A stretch of 63,797 bases of DNA, the filler included, from Neolecta irregularis DAH-3 (Eukaryota): NCBI GenBank assembly GCA_001929475.1. It is 9 parts of 9 records of this genome, joined end to end, with 100 filler letters (N's around TTAATTAATTAA, not from the genome) between each part and the next. Parts side by side here need not be neighbours in the genome. Positions count along the whole stretch, not along the records: positions 37,352 to 54,062 come from LXFE01002939.1; positions 54,163 to 58,049 come from LXFE01002944.1; positions 58,150 to 60,249 come from LXFE01000278.1; 6 more parts are not named here. One strand, 5' to 3'. Each line of letters starts with the position of its first letter. Position 1 is the stretch's first letter. A program made the position numbers and the translations under genes. Under the pieces are notes generated by a model. It made no database searches, was not told the DNA's origin, and saw nothing but the letters and a program-made list of their open reading frames with translations. Of this stretch, positions 39,904-58,866 are shown piece by piece.

Positions 39904-40521
39904 TGTAGAGGAACTGAAATTTGATAGTGGAAGACTTTATAGTCACTAATATATTGGGACGTCATGCTTACGCGGATGACCTCTTGGTGACATCGTGGAC
40001 GTGAAGTCAGATTGCGTCCACTTTCCTGCCATGTAGAATAGTATTCATTCCCGACAGTGTTTGTGTCTTTCCGAGTTACTATAAAAGACAATCAAAGGCA
40101 TTGCCAACCGTGTCTGTTTCCTTCAGAGTTACTATAAAAGAGAATCAAAGGGTTATTCTGTTAGTTTGAACATCAACTGGGATTGTAGAGGCAATATGTG
40201 AGATTATGAGGCAGTGGCTGATAAATTGAGCAATGCTGTAAAATGTGAAACAATATTGACCTACACGGGTCGCTGAAGGAAAAAATAAGCTCTTTTAGAG
40301 TTCGACCAAAGATTCGAAAAGTATCATTTCAGCAAGAATATCTTATTGCAACCCTATGTGCGTTATTACTATTCAGGACCGGCCGTTAATCACAATTCGC
40401 AATTTTAAAGTCGTTAATTTCCTCATTCAAATGCCCATAATTAGCTATTGTGACTGGCCGGCAAGTTTCACCCTCTGAACTCTCGTTCGCGCCTCTAATA
40501 ACCTGTCTTGATATTCCACAA

Positions 40522-40971
40522 ATGGCTCCTACACCAAAAAAAGCAAAGAGCAGGTCTGCGGTCTTCGATATCGTCGCCCGGGATTACAGCATTAACCTCC
40601 ACAAGCGGGTTAACTGTCCCAGTATAAGATACCACGGAATCTAACCGTCGTAGCTGTTCGGATTAACATTCAAACAACGAGCACCCAGAGCGATCAAGGA
40701 AATTAAGAAATTTGCTACTCTACACATGGCACGTCTTTTGAAATAAGCAAACTGTTCTTACGCAAACCAGGGAACCAAGGACGTTCGAATCGACCCACTT
40801 TTGAACAAGGAAGTCTGGAAGCATGGCATCAAAGGAGTTCAACACCGAATGCGCATTCGATTATCAAGGAAGAGAAACGATGAAGAAGGAGCCAAGGAGA
40901 AACTGTACACATTAGTCCAGGCTGTTCAGACGACTAGGGTCAAACTGCAGACGGCTGTTGTCGATATTTAG
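40522..40971 (+). CDS. RPL31: 60S ribosomal protein L31 (eL31)
   Basis: [60 protein letters not shown]; second intron is GC-AG (40729-40770). Confidence 0.96.
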
Positions 40972-41227
40972 ATTGTTTTGTCAATGTCAAAAGTCGCATT
41001 GTCGTCCATTTATGTTTATGGGAGGACACACCTGTTGATATTCTATTCTTTTTTAAGCGGCCATGAGGATCCAACAGTCTTGTCGCAAAGTACCTCTATC
41101 TAGAACTCGGATGTATCAATAGGCATATCATTGATATATCTGAATTCTAGATAGATTTTTTCATTTGAACTGCTTCGCCGTTCCAAACTCAAAATTCACC
41201 CCACAGCACACTGCGTAATCCACTAAC

Positions 41228-42383
41228 ATGATTATAATCCCAACAACCCGCTCAGCCCTGACTCCATTGCACAGAGTGGCTTTTAGATCATCAATTCAAT
41301 TAAAGCCATTCTCTTCAGAAGCTCCAAAACCCAAGAACTCCAAGGGTCTCGTTCCACTAACAGTTGGGGCAGCGGCTCTCGGTGCCGGCTACTACTACAA
41401 AGATACTCTCAAAAGCTTCTTTTCATCGTCAACGTCTACTCAATCAAGCAGTAACTCGTCCGCAGCATTCAAGAATAAAGATGAATGGATTGATTTAAAG
41501 GTACTCAACATTTTCACTTCCAAACATTCTAATTCGAATCAAGCTCGAAAAGATTGAAACAATAAATCATAATACTAAGAGATTTCGTTTCGCATTACCG
41601 TCTCAAGATCAAGTCAGCGGGCTGCACGTCGCCTCTGCTCTTTTAACAAAATATCAAGGTCCAAAAGATGAAAAACCCGTTATTCGACCATATACGCCTG
41701 TATCTACAGTCGATGCCAAAGGCTACATTGACCTTCTCATCAAAAAATATCCGAGTAAGAAGAGAGTTGTATTGGAGCTGATGCCTGTTTAGATGGGCCG
41801 ATGTCGACTCATCTTCATGATATGAATGTTGACCAGCGATTGTCATTCAAAGGTCCAATTCAGAAATATTTAATGGAAGAGAATAAACATCAGCGGATTG
41901 GGATGATTGCGGGTGGAACGGGTATTACGCCAATGTACCAAGTCATTCGACATGTTCTGTCAAATCCAAATGACAAGACGAAAATCTCTCTCGTTTACGG
42001 AAATGTATGTTGAACAAGAACCATAGATAACAAGGTAGATCTCCGAAAAGGATATCCTTTTGAAACGTGAACTGGAGGAATTGGAACTAAAGCATCCCAA
42101 CTTTAGTATGGTTTACTCCGCATAGAGCTAATCGGCAGGCGTGTTTTACATTCTCGATAACCCTCCTTCATGGTGGGCCGGCGGAAAAGGCTACATCACG
42201 AAAGACCTTGTTGCGAAAATCATGCCGTCGCCCCGAGATGGAAATATCAAGATCTTCGTCTGTGGACCCCCAGGATTATATACATCCGTTTCTGGCGGTA
42301 AGAAATCACCAACTGATCAAGGTGACTTGACTGGAATGCTCAAAGAGCTCGGATATTCAAAAGAGCAAGTTTTCAAGTTCTAG
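41228..42383 (+). CDS. MCR1: Mitochondrial NADH-cytochrome b5 reductase
   Basis: Presequence plus [65 protein letters not shown]; 4 introns. Confidence 0.94.
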
Positions 42384-42422
42384 ATAGGACAGATAGTACA
42401 AAATACATACAGTATCATATGG

Positions 42423-43183
42423 ATGGATGATGCGGTTAATAGTTTCAAGGTTCAACTTTTAACCACTCTAAAAATGGAAAGCAGTAATTTCTATCATCGT
42501 CCCCAGAAACCAAATCGGCAGAAAGCTCGTTTGGTATACTGGTCCCCTCCGGTAGATATATCTAATAGGAACCCAAGGCCCGTAGAGCCGGTGAAATACA
42601 AGCTCAAAGAGACGAAGCGGAACGTGAAGCCTCAACGATACCTAATTACCAAAAATTCGAAAGTATAGCTATTAAACGGAAAGTCGCAGAACTAGGATTA
42701 ATCGAGAAAGACGTGAGATTTATGAAATGAAAAAGCTGATGATAGATTAATCCGGATGGTCATTGTCTGTATGTCGCTTTTGCAGATCAACTGTTGAGTC
42801 GCCATGGAATAAATGTATCTGCCTACCGTTGCATCCTCACCTCGCTAATTTAGACAACATATCAGGCCCTACGGAAAGAAGCAGCAACATATATTCGTTC
42901 TCATTGCGTTGATTTTCTGCCATTTCTAGTTGACGAAAACACTGGCGAAACAAGCGATATCGACGCCTATTGCGATGAAATTCAGGACACAGCAGTTTGG
43001 GGCGGAGAAATGGAAATTATGGCGCTAGCAAAATCGAGGGGTGTGTCTATTCATCTTGTACAAGAGCAAGGTCCAGTTATGAAAATTGAGATTGAAGGTG
43101 GGAAAGACCCAATTAGACTGGCTTACTATCGACATATGTATGGTTCAGGGGCACATTACAATTCGTTGCGGGATAAGCATTGA
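42423..43183 (+). CDS. OTU2: OTU-domain deubiquitinase Otu2/OTUD6-like (start uncertain)
   Basis: Spliced frame: KPNRQKARL|ARR, INPDGHCLYVAFADQL (catalytic Cys), DFLPFL, TAVWGGEMEIMAL, LAYYRHMYGSGAHYNSLR; 3 introns; mostly absent from the ORF track. Confidence 0.9.
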
Positions 43184-43220
43184 TATTATATGAATAAATA
43201 ATTATACAACAAAATGCAAG

Positions 43221-44771
43221 CTATTCACGCTTTCGTTTTGTGGGTTTTTTGCCATTTGGTTTTGGTTTTCCGTTTACTTCGTTTCTTTTTTTGGGAGAGC
43301 AAGGTTGGGGAATAGAGTCTTCTTCTTCATTTGGATCGAGTATAACGGGTAAAAGGAACCCATGATCGCCTCGAGCGTGAGTGATTGTAGTGATATCCAC
43401 GTCTTCGTCTTCATCGTGTTGTTTTCGTTTTGAAGCTTCTTCTTCGGGCAACTTGAATGTTAATGATTATAATTTAGAGAAATACCATATCAAACTCGTC
43501 TTCGCGTTCTTCGTATTCGATGTTTTCTTCGAGTTCTTTAAAGTCTGGGGCAAAAGTACTCCAGCCTTCTGAGTGTGACGTTGCCCATATATAGATTATG
43601 CCGCTCTCGAGGCCAAGAGCGGTGACTACTGGCCGTGTTGGATGCCACTAGCTGTTAGTACAATGGAATGGACTAGAATACATCGACGTCTGTTAATTCT
43701 TCACGGGGGCCTTCTAGCATTTTTACAAGTGAGCCCATGGTGCGTTCCCATACGTATATATCGTGTTCTTTAAAGGTGGAAGCTTTTTTCAGCAGGCAAT
43801 TATAAAGCCGGTACCCATCACGTAGTCGCCATTGGAGCTGAATCCACATGCATTCCACTGAAATCTATTGACGACGTCTTGGAATTTATGTTCAACGGCA
43901 AAGTCTATGGTTTCAGGGAGGGTAGATGCATTGGTGGGGACCAGAGTGCGGATGATTCTGTCTGATGCGTTGACTACGAGATCTCTTCCCATTGGACTGA
44001 GACGGATATGCTTGATGTTTGACGATGTGAGGCGGTTTGACCAGACAACCTGGTGTTAGCTGGATCAGATGGGTATTCGTGCCTGGCGAGTCTCGCAGTG
44101 AATGACATTGAGCCAGCCCTTGCTGGTTCCTGTATAGATATAGTTGCCCGTCCTGTCGTATATCGAGACGAGTGTGAGCTGTTTTGCGTCCTGCGCCGCC
44201 TGTTTTTCGTTTATTTCGCCGTCATCGTCGTCTTCTGTCTGCAGCCTGCGTGGTATTGAGGGCAGAATATGTTTAACGGCTTTCAAACAGGCGATATCGA
44301 CCAGCACGGGTTTGTCTTCGTAGAGCGATGCCACAAACATCAGACTATGATTTAACCACTCGTCTCGGGTGTAAATACTGATTGTACGGATGAATATCTG
44401 CGCCCCAGATGGGAGCCTCGAACGACACAGAGCGTTTGCGGGAGCCGTCTGCGAGATCCCACAGCACAGTTCTCCAGTCTCTTGCCGCAGACAACAAAAA
44501 ACGGCCGTCGCGGGACCAACTATGGTTAATAACGCAACAAAAACAAAAACAACCAGACAGACTGCACTGTACGGGTATGGCCACGCATCAAACGAGAAAT
44601 TCCCGCCGTCACAAAATCCCAAATGACCACCGCACCATCTGCGAGTCCAGCTGCCAAATGATCGCCGCGCGGACTGAATCGCGCGCAAGTCGCATGGCCA
44701 TATGCGAGCGACGCGGTGAGACTCTCTGGATAATCCTGCGCAAACGGATCCAGGAGTTCGAGGTTGGCCAT
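43221..44771 (-). CDS. SWD1: COMPASS/Set1C subunit Swd1/RBBP5
   Basis: NLELLDPFAQDYPE, WD40 repeats, EHKFQDVVNR.QW, GSLVKMLEGPREEL, WHPTRP, YEEREDEFD; 6 introns, one GC-AG (44050-44082). Confidence 0.95.
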
Positions 44772-44903
44772 TAATTATAAAAACAAAAAGGACGTGGGGG
44801 TCTCAAATCAGCAGGTGAGATCCAGTTCGGTTGACCACTTTGCAACTCACCACCCAGCTCCCCTACCCTCGCTCCTCTCTTCCCCTTTAAAATCTGCCCA
44901 AAC

Positions 44904-50989
<6,086 letters not shown>

Positions 50990-51819
50990 CGAGCAGAGTT
51001 GCCTCTTCTCCAACATGATTCTACAACTCGAGATTTATTCCTTATGCTGACTTCATCATATCTGACCTTTCTTTTTTCTCTTTCAAATTTGGAACTAATG
51101 GGTAAGATGTGTCAGAGCAAAGCTCAGCCACGTCATTGTATAAAAATGATTTTTCATCAAATATTGAAATGGTATCTATATGTGGGATTGATGTCATCAT
51201 TTGGATTGATGCAGAGTTTTGTCAATAGAATACTACGCTAAGTAATTCTGTACGAGATATAAAACGACTTATTTCTCAAGAAGCGCACATACAATTTGAC
51301 AGGACTTCTTACTACAATCCATCAGCCAGCAACCCTCATACAACGTATATCAATATCGACGACCTCCTTCATATCATGATGCTCCCTCTTACGCGAATCC
51401 TTCAGACTTTATATATACTCGGCAAATATAAAGCCGCCCTATCGTCAATCCTTATTGAAACCTGGGCGTCAGAATAGGGACACAAGTTCATCAAATATAT
51501 CAACAATTTCATGGGAAAGATCCGATTAAAGTTGTTAGCAGTGAACTCTGTCGACATATGAAAGAAGGATTCATTCATGTGCTCCAAGGCGGTCGATTAT
51601 CAGGCTGAATGTATCTGGTCCTCAGATTGCCCTATTTCATATCTGATTATGAATTATGCCCGGAATAATAGGTGGAAACCGCTACTTCTGACACTCTGTC
51701 TTATCTTAATTGTACTCTATTTCCTAATTGATTCAACGTAATATATCCTTTGAATAGATAGTTGACCCGCTAGTGGACAGAAGTTTGAGAGGCGTACGTC
51801 ATATCCGGAAAAAAGTCTC

Positions 51820-52493
51820 GGCTTTAGCAAAATATATCTAATAGCAACCTCTTCGGAGGTATGGCATATTCATCTCGAATACTTGATTACCATAAACTTG
51901 AATACACCATCTTCCCATCTTATGGGCCATACACTGAAATAGTTCACTCGACTATGTCGCAATACTATCCAGAGAACCCTGAAGACGTTAGGCAACGCGG
52001 GAAGGTACTGATGTTGGGCATCTCATTGCGATTTGGAAGAAAGCATGGGACAACCAGCAACTCCATACAATCTTGATCCTCGAAGATGATATCGACATTC
52101 GATTGGATATCAAACTACGGGATGGCTACAACTTCCCTCAGATTGGCAATATTATTTTTTAGGAATATGTTATTATAGGTCTGTGGATAAAGATATTCCT
52201 CACCTGGATGGAATGAGTCCATTTTCAGTTCATGTACCTGTATTAGGAAGCTCGACTGTGGTGTTTGTATGCATGCTTATGGAGTTCGTCGTTTGCTTCT
52301 TCCGCAGATTCTAGAGTGGAGTAAGCATCCGTCAAATGGGATTGACCTCGATGCCTTGAGCAATCCACTTGAGAAAGGGTTGGTAGAAGGATACACGTTG
52401 TGGCCTGTGGGGGTGATTCAACGACCATTGACCAAAATGCGAAATAGTCTTATTAATGAATTCGAAGGTTTTAGTGAGGATGGGTTTTTTTAA
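51820..52493 (+). pseudogene. Disrupted glycosyltransferase family 25-like sequence
   Basis: Motifs KIYLI, (stop)CWASH, IAIWKKAW..ILILEDDID, LPSDWQYYFLGIC and CMHAYGV lie in different frames with no intron-sized spacers. Confidence 0.55.
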
Positions 52494-52840
52494 GCAGATT
52501 GGAGACGCAGCGACGTATTTCGTCAGGGCGAAAGCACAGCAGAGAAGGTTGGGGTTGATTATGGGTATTGAGAACCACACTGGTTCTTGCGCTGTCATTG
52601 TATAGCTAGATTGCTGTTAAATATCTACAGTTCTGATGAGAAGAATGGTACACTGTCCTTGTCTGTATTGGTACTGCGTTCCGAATCGAGTGGACCAGAC
52701 CGACCAAGACATTGGATCTGGTTAATATCGTAAGGTCCTCAGAAATTCAATAATCTCAAGTCTCCTACTAGTAGATAACAATAACTAATATACATTCAGG
52801 CCAAAAAACAAACACCTCATCTGAATCCCCATTCAATAAT

Positions 52841-54062
52841 TCAATGTTTTTTGTCTTGTGTGAGGATATTAAGCATACTGGATTTGATAAAAGCATCGTT
52901 CTTCTGGGCTTGAAACAATGTATGTTGATGTCTCTCCCTTTCGTCAGATTGTTCGATTGCAGTTGAAACCACAGCGGTAACTAGATCATGATAAATTGCT
53001 ATATGATCTAGTGCATAAGTGACGACGGTGGATTGAGGATTAGGCGGTGCATATTCTATGAGGTGGACCATTATTGCTTCTGCCATCTGGTTTTCATTCA
53101 CAATCTGTGAGAGTGGCGTCCCAGCAAACGGGGCCTCATTACCAAAAAGCTTCATTGCTTTTTGAAACAATTCAAAGAGAGGCGGGGTCGAGGAATGTTT
53201 GTTTGAATTTCTTTCTGGCTTTAGTGTTAAAACAAAAGGTGGTTGTCCAATACGGTCCTGGTCGTGAGAGTCACCGGACCGCACAATACCATAATTTCCA
53301 GAGTCGAATGAAAAGATGAGCATGTGAAAGCCAGTTCCTTCGATGAAAAGGGTCTTTGCGGTAGGATCGTAAATCGTGGTCAACCCTGTATAAAGACTTT
53401 GGCTAAATACTTCGATAAAGGTCAACAAAACAACATCATCGGATTCCAAATCATTTTCTCCCTTCTCTGTGATTCCTACCCATGGTTTGAGGGCCTTCGA
53501 GACAAATCGCTGAAATTGTTTCCCACTCATGGATTGACAGTTTGAAATATCCTTTCCCTCAAGCCATTTTTTGAAATTGACTGGTTGTGGTCGTTTCCTA
53601 TGTAGAGCAATTTTACAGGCCCCCAGAACTTGAGTAATATGTTTATCACCGTGATTTGTGATATGTCTATCATCGTAATTTATTCCATAGCCTTCTTTGA
53701 GTTTTGTCATCCATGCTTCTTCTGTTGTTTCAGCAGTCTCGTAAGAAAATCTCGCAATAATGTCTAGAGTTTTTGATTCAGACTTTCTAAATTATCAAAT
53801 AGTGTTCCCATCATTAATGAACACTTACTCAAATGCTGCTACTACTTGATTTGCCGTAGCTGCATTAGTTTTCAGGGTTGATACTGGGAATGCACTGCTT
53901 AGAGATGCAGAGAGCAGGCGTCCGCCACTGTGATAGAAGACAAGCGAATGGCAATAATATTTTGCGAGGCAGTTTTTTGCAGCATGTTCTATCGCTTCAT
54001 CTATGTTTACTGTTTTGGGGACGATGCTGCATACTGCTGACTTATCCAGAACGATGTTGGCC
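52841..54062 (-). CDS. Unknown protein, 5'-partial
   Basis: The 289-aa ORF extends upstream through a GTAAGT..TTTAG intron (about 53787-53828) into a frame that stays open to the gap; no motif recognised. Confidence 0.7.
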
Positions 54063-54162
54063 NNNNNNNNNNNNNNNNNNNNNNNNNNNNNNNNNNNNNN
54101 NNNNNNTTAATTAATTAANNNNNNNNNNNNNNNNNNNNNNNNNNNNNNNNNNNNNNNNNNNN

Positions 54163-55299
54163 GGGCGGGCAGGTGGGCGGCTTGTCTTTTTTTTGACAAT
54201 TAGGATAGGTGCAATACAATATTCACTAAATAACCAAAATTGCTAGCATAGAATGATTTCTATCTGGCCATTTCTTCCATTGGTGAAGTATGCTGCACAT
54301 GCAAAATTCATGTCGTATCATCCTGATCACTTTATCACGTGATCCGTGACAAATCTTGCGAGTTTAACGTCGAGCAAATTGCAATCAATTCACAGTTGAA
54401 CAACCAACCAACGTATTCAAACGAAACAAACACTATCGAGATCAGAATCTAAGGGCAAAATTAATGGTCTACCAACAAATTCAATACAAAAAAGTCAAAG
54501 GGGGACCTTTGAAGAAGCATCACATGGAGGAAACTACCAAACCCCATAGAACCTAACAGCCTGCCAGAGCATTCTCCAGGCGGGTGGTTGGATCTCTTGG
54601 TGAAGGCGGGAGGCATAAAAATCCTGCGGGAGAGGGCCCACCTGCCAGAGAGGCTCCGGCGGGCGGACAGTTCAGATCTTTCCGGCAGGCGGCCGGCCGG
54701 CATACTAAACCACCCAAAGTGTTGTGGATTGACATGGACTTGGTTGTGGGGACAAGACTTTACCTCAACGTCGCAACCCCCGCCCTCATCGCCAGTTACT
54801 GCCCGCCCTCCTAGCCCTTTACCACCCCACCCTCTCGCCCGTTATCGCCTGCCCTCTCACCTATTTGTCCCGGATATCCCTCGGACAGGTGCGGCAACAA
54901 CGAGTCCCTATGTCCAGGTCGGCCAGACCACAGGCACCGCTCTCCCGACGCCCACCTCCTCCCCGAGGCCTCCCGCCCAGACCTCTCCCACGCCCGTCCT
55001 CTCTGCTACACCAACACCAACACTGACCCCAAACCCGCTATGCCCACCTCCTCTAGCCTTCCGCCATTTGATCCTTGCCCTCCACAGATGCCATACACCT
55101 GCTTGCCCTCGCCCCCCTCTCCCACTTGATCACTCCTCTTGTTTTGCTTTGTTAACTCTTTAGATAGCTTGTGTAGAAATAAATGTATAATTTTCTTTAT
55201 CTCCTCAATTCAACCATCAACTGAAATTTCTATATAGCCTGGGCCCATGCCGGGCCGGACCCTCAGAAGCCCATGGCCTTCGGCCCATTGCCAACACTG
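54163..55299. mobile_element. Longer relative or composite of the hAT-type MITE family, left end lost in gap
   Basis: 54205-54420 and 54560-54625 align by eye with the 24395-24815 interior; ends in TTGCCAACACTG (CAGTG terminus); 54756-54939 recurs at 57842-58049. Confidence 0.7.
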
Positions 55300-55967
55300 C
55301 CTACGTGACCGTATAACAGACTTTCCAAAATGCAAACCAAACCCCACTAACCCTACATTGGTGACTTCTAGCTGGAAGAATCACGGGGACGAGCATCATC
55401 ACTATATCAGTTAGCTTATTAGAGTCGGAAGCCTGTAAGTGTGAACGTTCACGTGTTCCACTTTTGTCGCTCGTAGACTTGGGTTGGTATATCGATAGCG
55501 TGGCGGTTACTTTGAGCAAAGGTAACTACGTCTATAATCAATCGACAAGGTTAAAGTCCACCCAGTTAACCAGATATAGACCTAACCATAGAGTAATTCC
55601 TTCAGGCGCACTTTGTTGCTTTGTATTCGTTCCTTTCTCTGCAATTCTCTATCCTTTCCGAAATTCTCGTCATTAGCTCTTCTTGTGGTCTGCAAGCCCA
55701 TCCACATGATCGATTGGTCATCGTCGATATTGAAGATCTGTTATCAGTGGCGATGATTGTTTGTCCCTGGTGGGTGTAGGAGTTCCGGGAATCCCCACAG
55801 AGAACAAGCCTTTTCAGATAATCGGCAAGATTACCCTTACAAGACAAAAAGATGACGATTTCATTTTCAATATTGACTATAAAAGCAAACTATATACTAC
55901 ACCTGTTGTCATCGATCATCATGAGCAAGAAAAATAAAAGTTTGAACATCAAGATATGAAGCAACAT

Positions 55968-57830
55968 CTAATCAAATTCGCCGGGACCAGGTCCGAAATA
56001 ACCCTTGTTTGGAATTGGTAATAACGGTGTCCCTTCTCCATCTGCGCCCACATTCGAAACGTTGTTGCCCCACCAATTTACTTGTACCCCCTTATACTGG
56101 AATGCGAAAAAAATGACAATTCCAGCCACAGCGACGCCACAAGTGAACGCAGTGGAAAGAACATAATTGTATCTAGGAAGTCAGCGCGCATAGATAACGA
56201 CAAGGTACTTTGACCACCAAGGAAGATAACGCCTTCGGATATAGACTTGGAAGATAAATGCGACAATAGTGCCTGGCCAGATGTATGACAAGTTATATGG
56301 CGCCCAACCAGCCATTCCGTAGACTATAATAGGTGAGGACAGCAGAGAGAACAGCGTACGAAGAATGGGTACGTGTACATATTTAACCCACGAATTTGGG
56401 TATCTTTTGGTGAAAAAATAAAAGGGGATAGGAATGAATCCACCGATGAAGAAACCCCACATTAATATGTGATATAGTCCACCCGGACCGTAGACCTTTG
56501 CAGGACCGAGAATTCCCCAGAACGCAGAAGCGGTGAAGAAAGTGTTGGGACCGGGACAAGTGAATTTTTGAGGTTGTTGTCGAGTACATATGCCTTCAAT
56601 ATTTTCGATTTGCCAGTTCATGACACCAAGAGAAACGCATGCGCCAATAATTGTAGCGATAGATTGAGAGATAAACATTGTTCGAGGGGGAATCTTGACG
56701 TAGTGACCAAGTTTGAGATCCTGCGCAAAGGAAATTGCTCGAGCGGTAACAATATATCCATAAGTTTTGATAATATCGAGAGAAAGTGGGTTTCCAGGGA
56801 TTGCGAATCCACCGACCTACATTATGATCATTGCACCAAAGAATTAGCATACCAACTCGGCGAGGACGTTTAGTGTGATCTGAACATTACTAACGGCATA
56901 GATGATTCCACAGGGAACAATAAACACCAGTCCCAACCCCAGGGCAAAGAAAATAGCCCATACAGGAGTTTGAGTGGGATAACTCTTTACACAAACGATT
57001 CCAAAGATCATGGATATAGCCATGAGCGCGAAATACCAAATTTCGCTGACTTCTTTGTATTGTTCCATAAGCCGATTGTGCACGTCGTTGTTAAGTTGGC
57101 TATTGCTAGAGCGACGCACAAGGGCTAAAAATGCATTTTTTATCTCGCGGCGGTGGTAGAGATAAGCGTAGACAAGAGTCGCGGGGTAAACTGAGAAAAA
57201 GGTTCCGTAAATGACTGCATTGGCGGCGGACATGTACATGGGCGAGTACGTTTGGTAGCCTGTTTCATTGAAGAGGCCGTGGGAGCTGAGGATACGAGAG
57301 GCTATGCATAGGTGAGGAATGGACATGTGTAGGGTGATTACCATTGTAGAGATGGCCAGTGTTGTCAAAGACTCGATTGGAATTAATCGGAAGATGTGCC
57401 GTGTACCCTGAGTAATGAATCAGTGACTATTCCCGGGATATACAAGTATTGGTGAAATAGACAGCTGGAATAAAGAAGATACCAGTGATCAACATGGCCA
57501 TTAAAGTATTTGCAGTTGAAAAGAAAGGTGAGATGAGAACTGGGCTGACCCCGGTGATCATATTCCAATCAAACGTGGAAATAGGGTTGAATCCAAGGCC
57601 AGTAACAGTTCCTGAAATCAAGGCGAGTTTCACATTATTCGGAGAGATCCAATTCATCCTGCAAGTTATTACCAAGTATAAAGGGAAGGATACCAGTTGA
57701 AAGTACTAAGTGCTTGGAAGAGATAATCGGGAAGGAAAAAGTACAAACCCATTGCACCAAATGCGATCAAGAAAAATCTGAGACGACTGACTTTCCAACC
57801 ATTGGCTCTTGGATTTTCCAAAGAATGAAA
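55968..57830 (-). CDS. OPT-family oligopeptide transporter, 5'-partial
   Basis: GLGFNPISTFDW, DVHNRLMEQYKEVSEIWY, LNVLAELVGGF, QDLKLGHYVKIPPR, FFTASAFWG, WWSKYNYVLS, NWWGNNV; 6 introns. Confidence 0.93.
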
Positions 57831-57840
57831 NNNNNNNNNN

Positions 57841-58049
57841 CGACTTTACCTCAACGTCGCAACCCCCGCCCTCATCGCCAGTTACTGCTCGCCCTCCTTG
57901 CCCGTTACTGCCCGCTCTCCTAGCCCTTTACCACCCCACCCTCTCGCCCGTTATCGCCTGCCCTCTCACCTATTTGTCCCGGGTATCCCTCGGACAGGTG
58001 CGGCAACAACGAGTCCCTATGTCCAGGTCGGCCAGACCACAGGCACCGC
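57841..58049 (+). repeat. Second copy of 54756-54939 with an internal ~24-nt duplication
   Basis: GACTTTACCTCAACGTCGCAACCCCCGCC...CCACAGGCACCGC shared; this copy carries an extra GTTACTGC.CGC.CTCCT unit. Confidence 0.85.
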
Positions 58050-58149
58050 NNNNNNNNNNNNNNNNNNNNNNNNNNNNNNNNNNNNNNNNNNNNTTAATTA
58101 ATTAANNNNNNNNNNNNNNNNNNNNNNNNNNNNNNNNNNNNNNNNNNNN

Positions 58150-58866
58150 CGTAATATCGTGATCGAAATGCTTTAATGGAAGTCATCGAAAGAACCAGCC
58201 AGAAGAAATAGGCAATCCATGCAGCATTTTGTGAATAGTTCCACAATTCCTCCGTCCTGTCTGCTTGGTAGAGACTAAGTGCTGAGAGACATGCATGCAA
58301 AGTGGCTTCTATGATTGTCGTCCAGCCTACTCTTGAAAGTTAGTATGTTATAGTCAAGAAACTCCTTACACTCGATGAAAGATGTTTAGCTTTTTGTAAT
58401 CTTGATTCATCAACCAGAGAAAAGGAGTATTCTTGATAGCCAAGAAGAAAAGTAATGGCATGTTGAACATTGTCACCCTTCAGCGATGAGCCCAATGTAT
58501 ATACGAAAGGCAAGCATACCATCCAACCCGTCTTGCTATGTCTTCAAACGGTCGACTAAGAGTCACATTTAATAGGCATGAGATGGCGTTCAATGCTAAA
58601 TATTCAATTATCAATATCATATGTCCATTCGAGGGACCAAAGATGGAGGCTTTGAGAGTAATTCTACGAATGAATCTTCATATTAGTCTATAAGAAATAG
58701 TGGCCACTCACTTTAACAAGCGAAGATTTCTTACAATTTTGGAATAGCGATACAGAACATGGAAACCAATGACGGATGCAAGAAAAGCCCCAATAATAAT
58801 CCAGTAGATCTTCAAGACCTGTAGATTGCAATGAAGGACAATTTTCTTGCGATTCCCAGCCGTCAT
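58150..58866 (-). CDS. Ferric reductase-like transmembrane protein, 3'-partial, start uncertain
   Basis: Spliced frame: IYWIIIGAFLASVIGFHVL, ARRVGWVTMFNMPLLFFLAIKNTP..DYKKLNIFHRVVGW..ATLHA (heme histidines), SIKAFRSRYY; 3 introns. Confidence 0.8.

Noticed and set aside
33465-44771. Possible functional cluster (methylisocitrate lyase, catalase, MCR1) or nuclear-process cluster
   Set aside because: Genes are functionally mixed and partly on different contigs; ordinary dense gene order.
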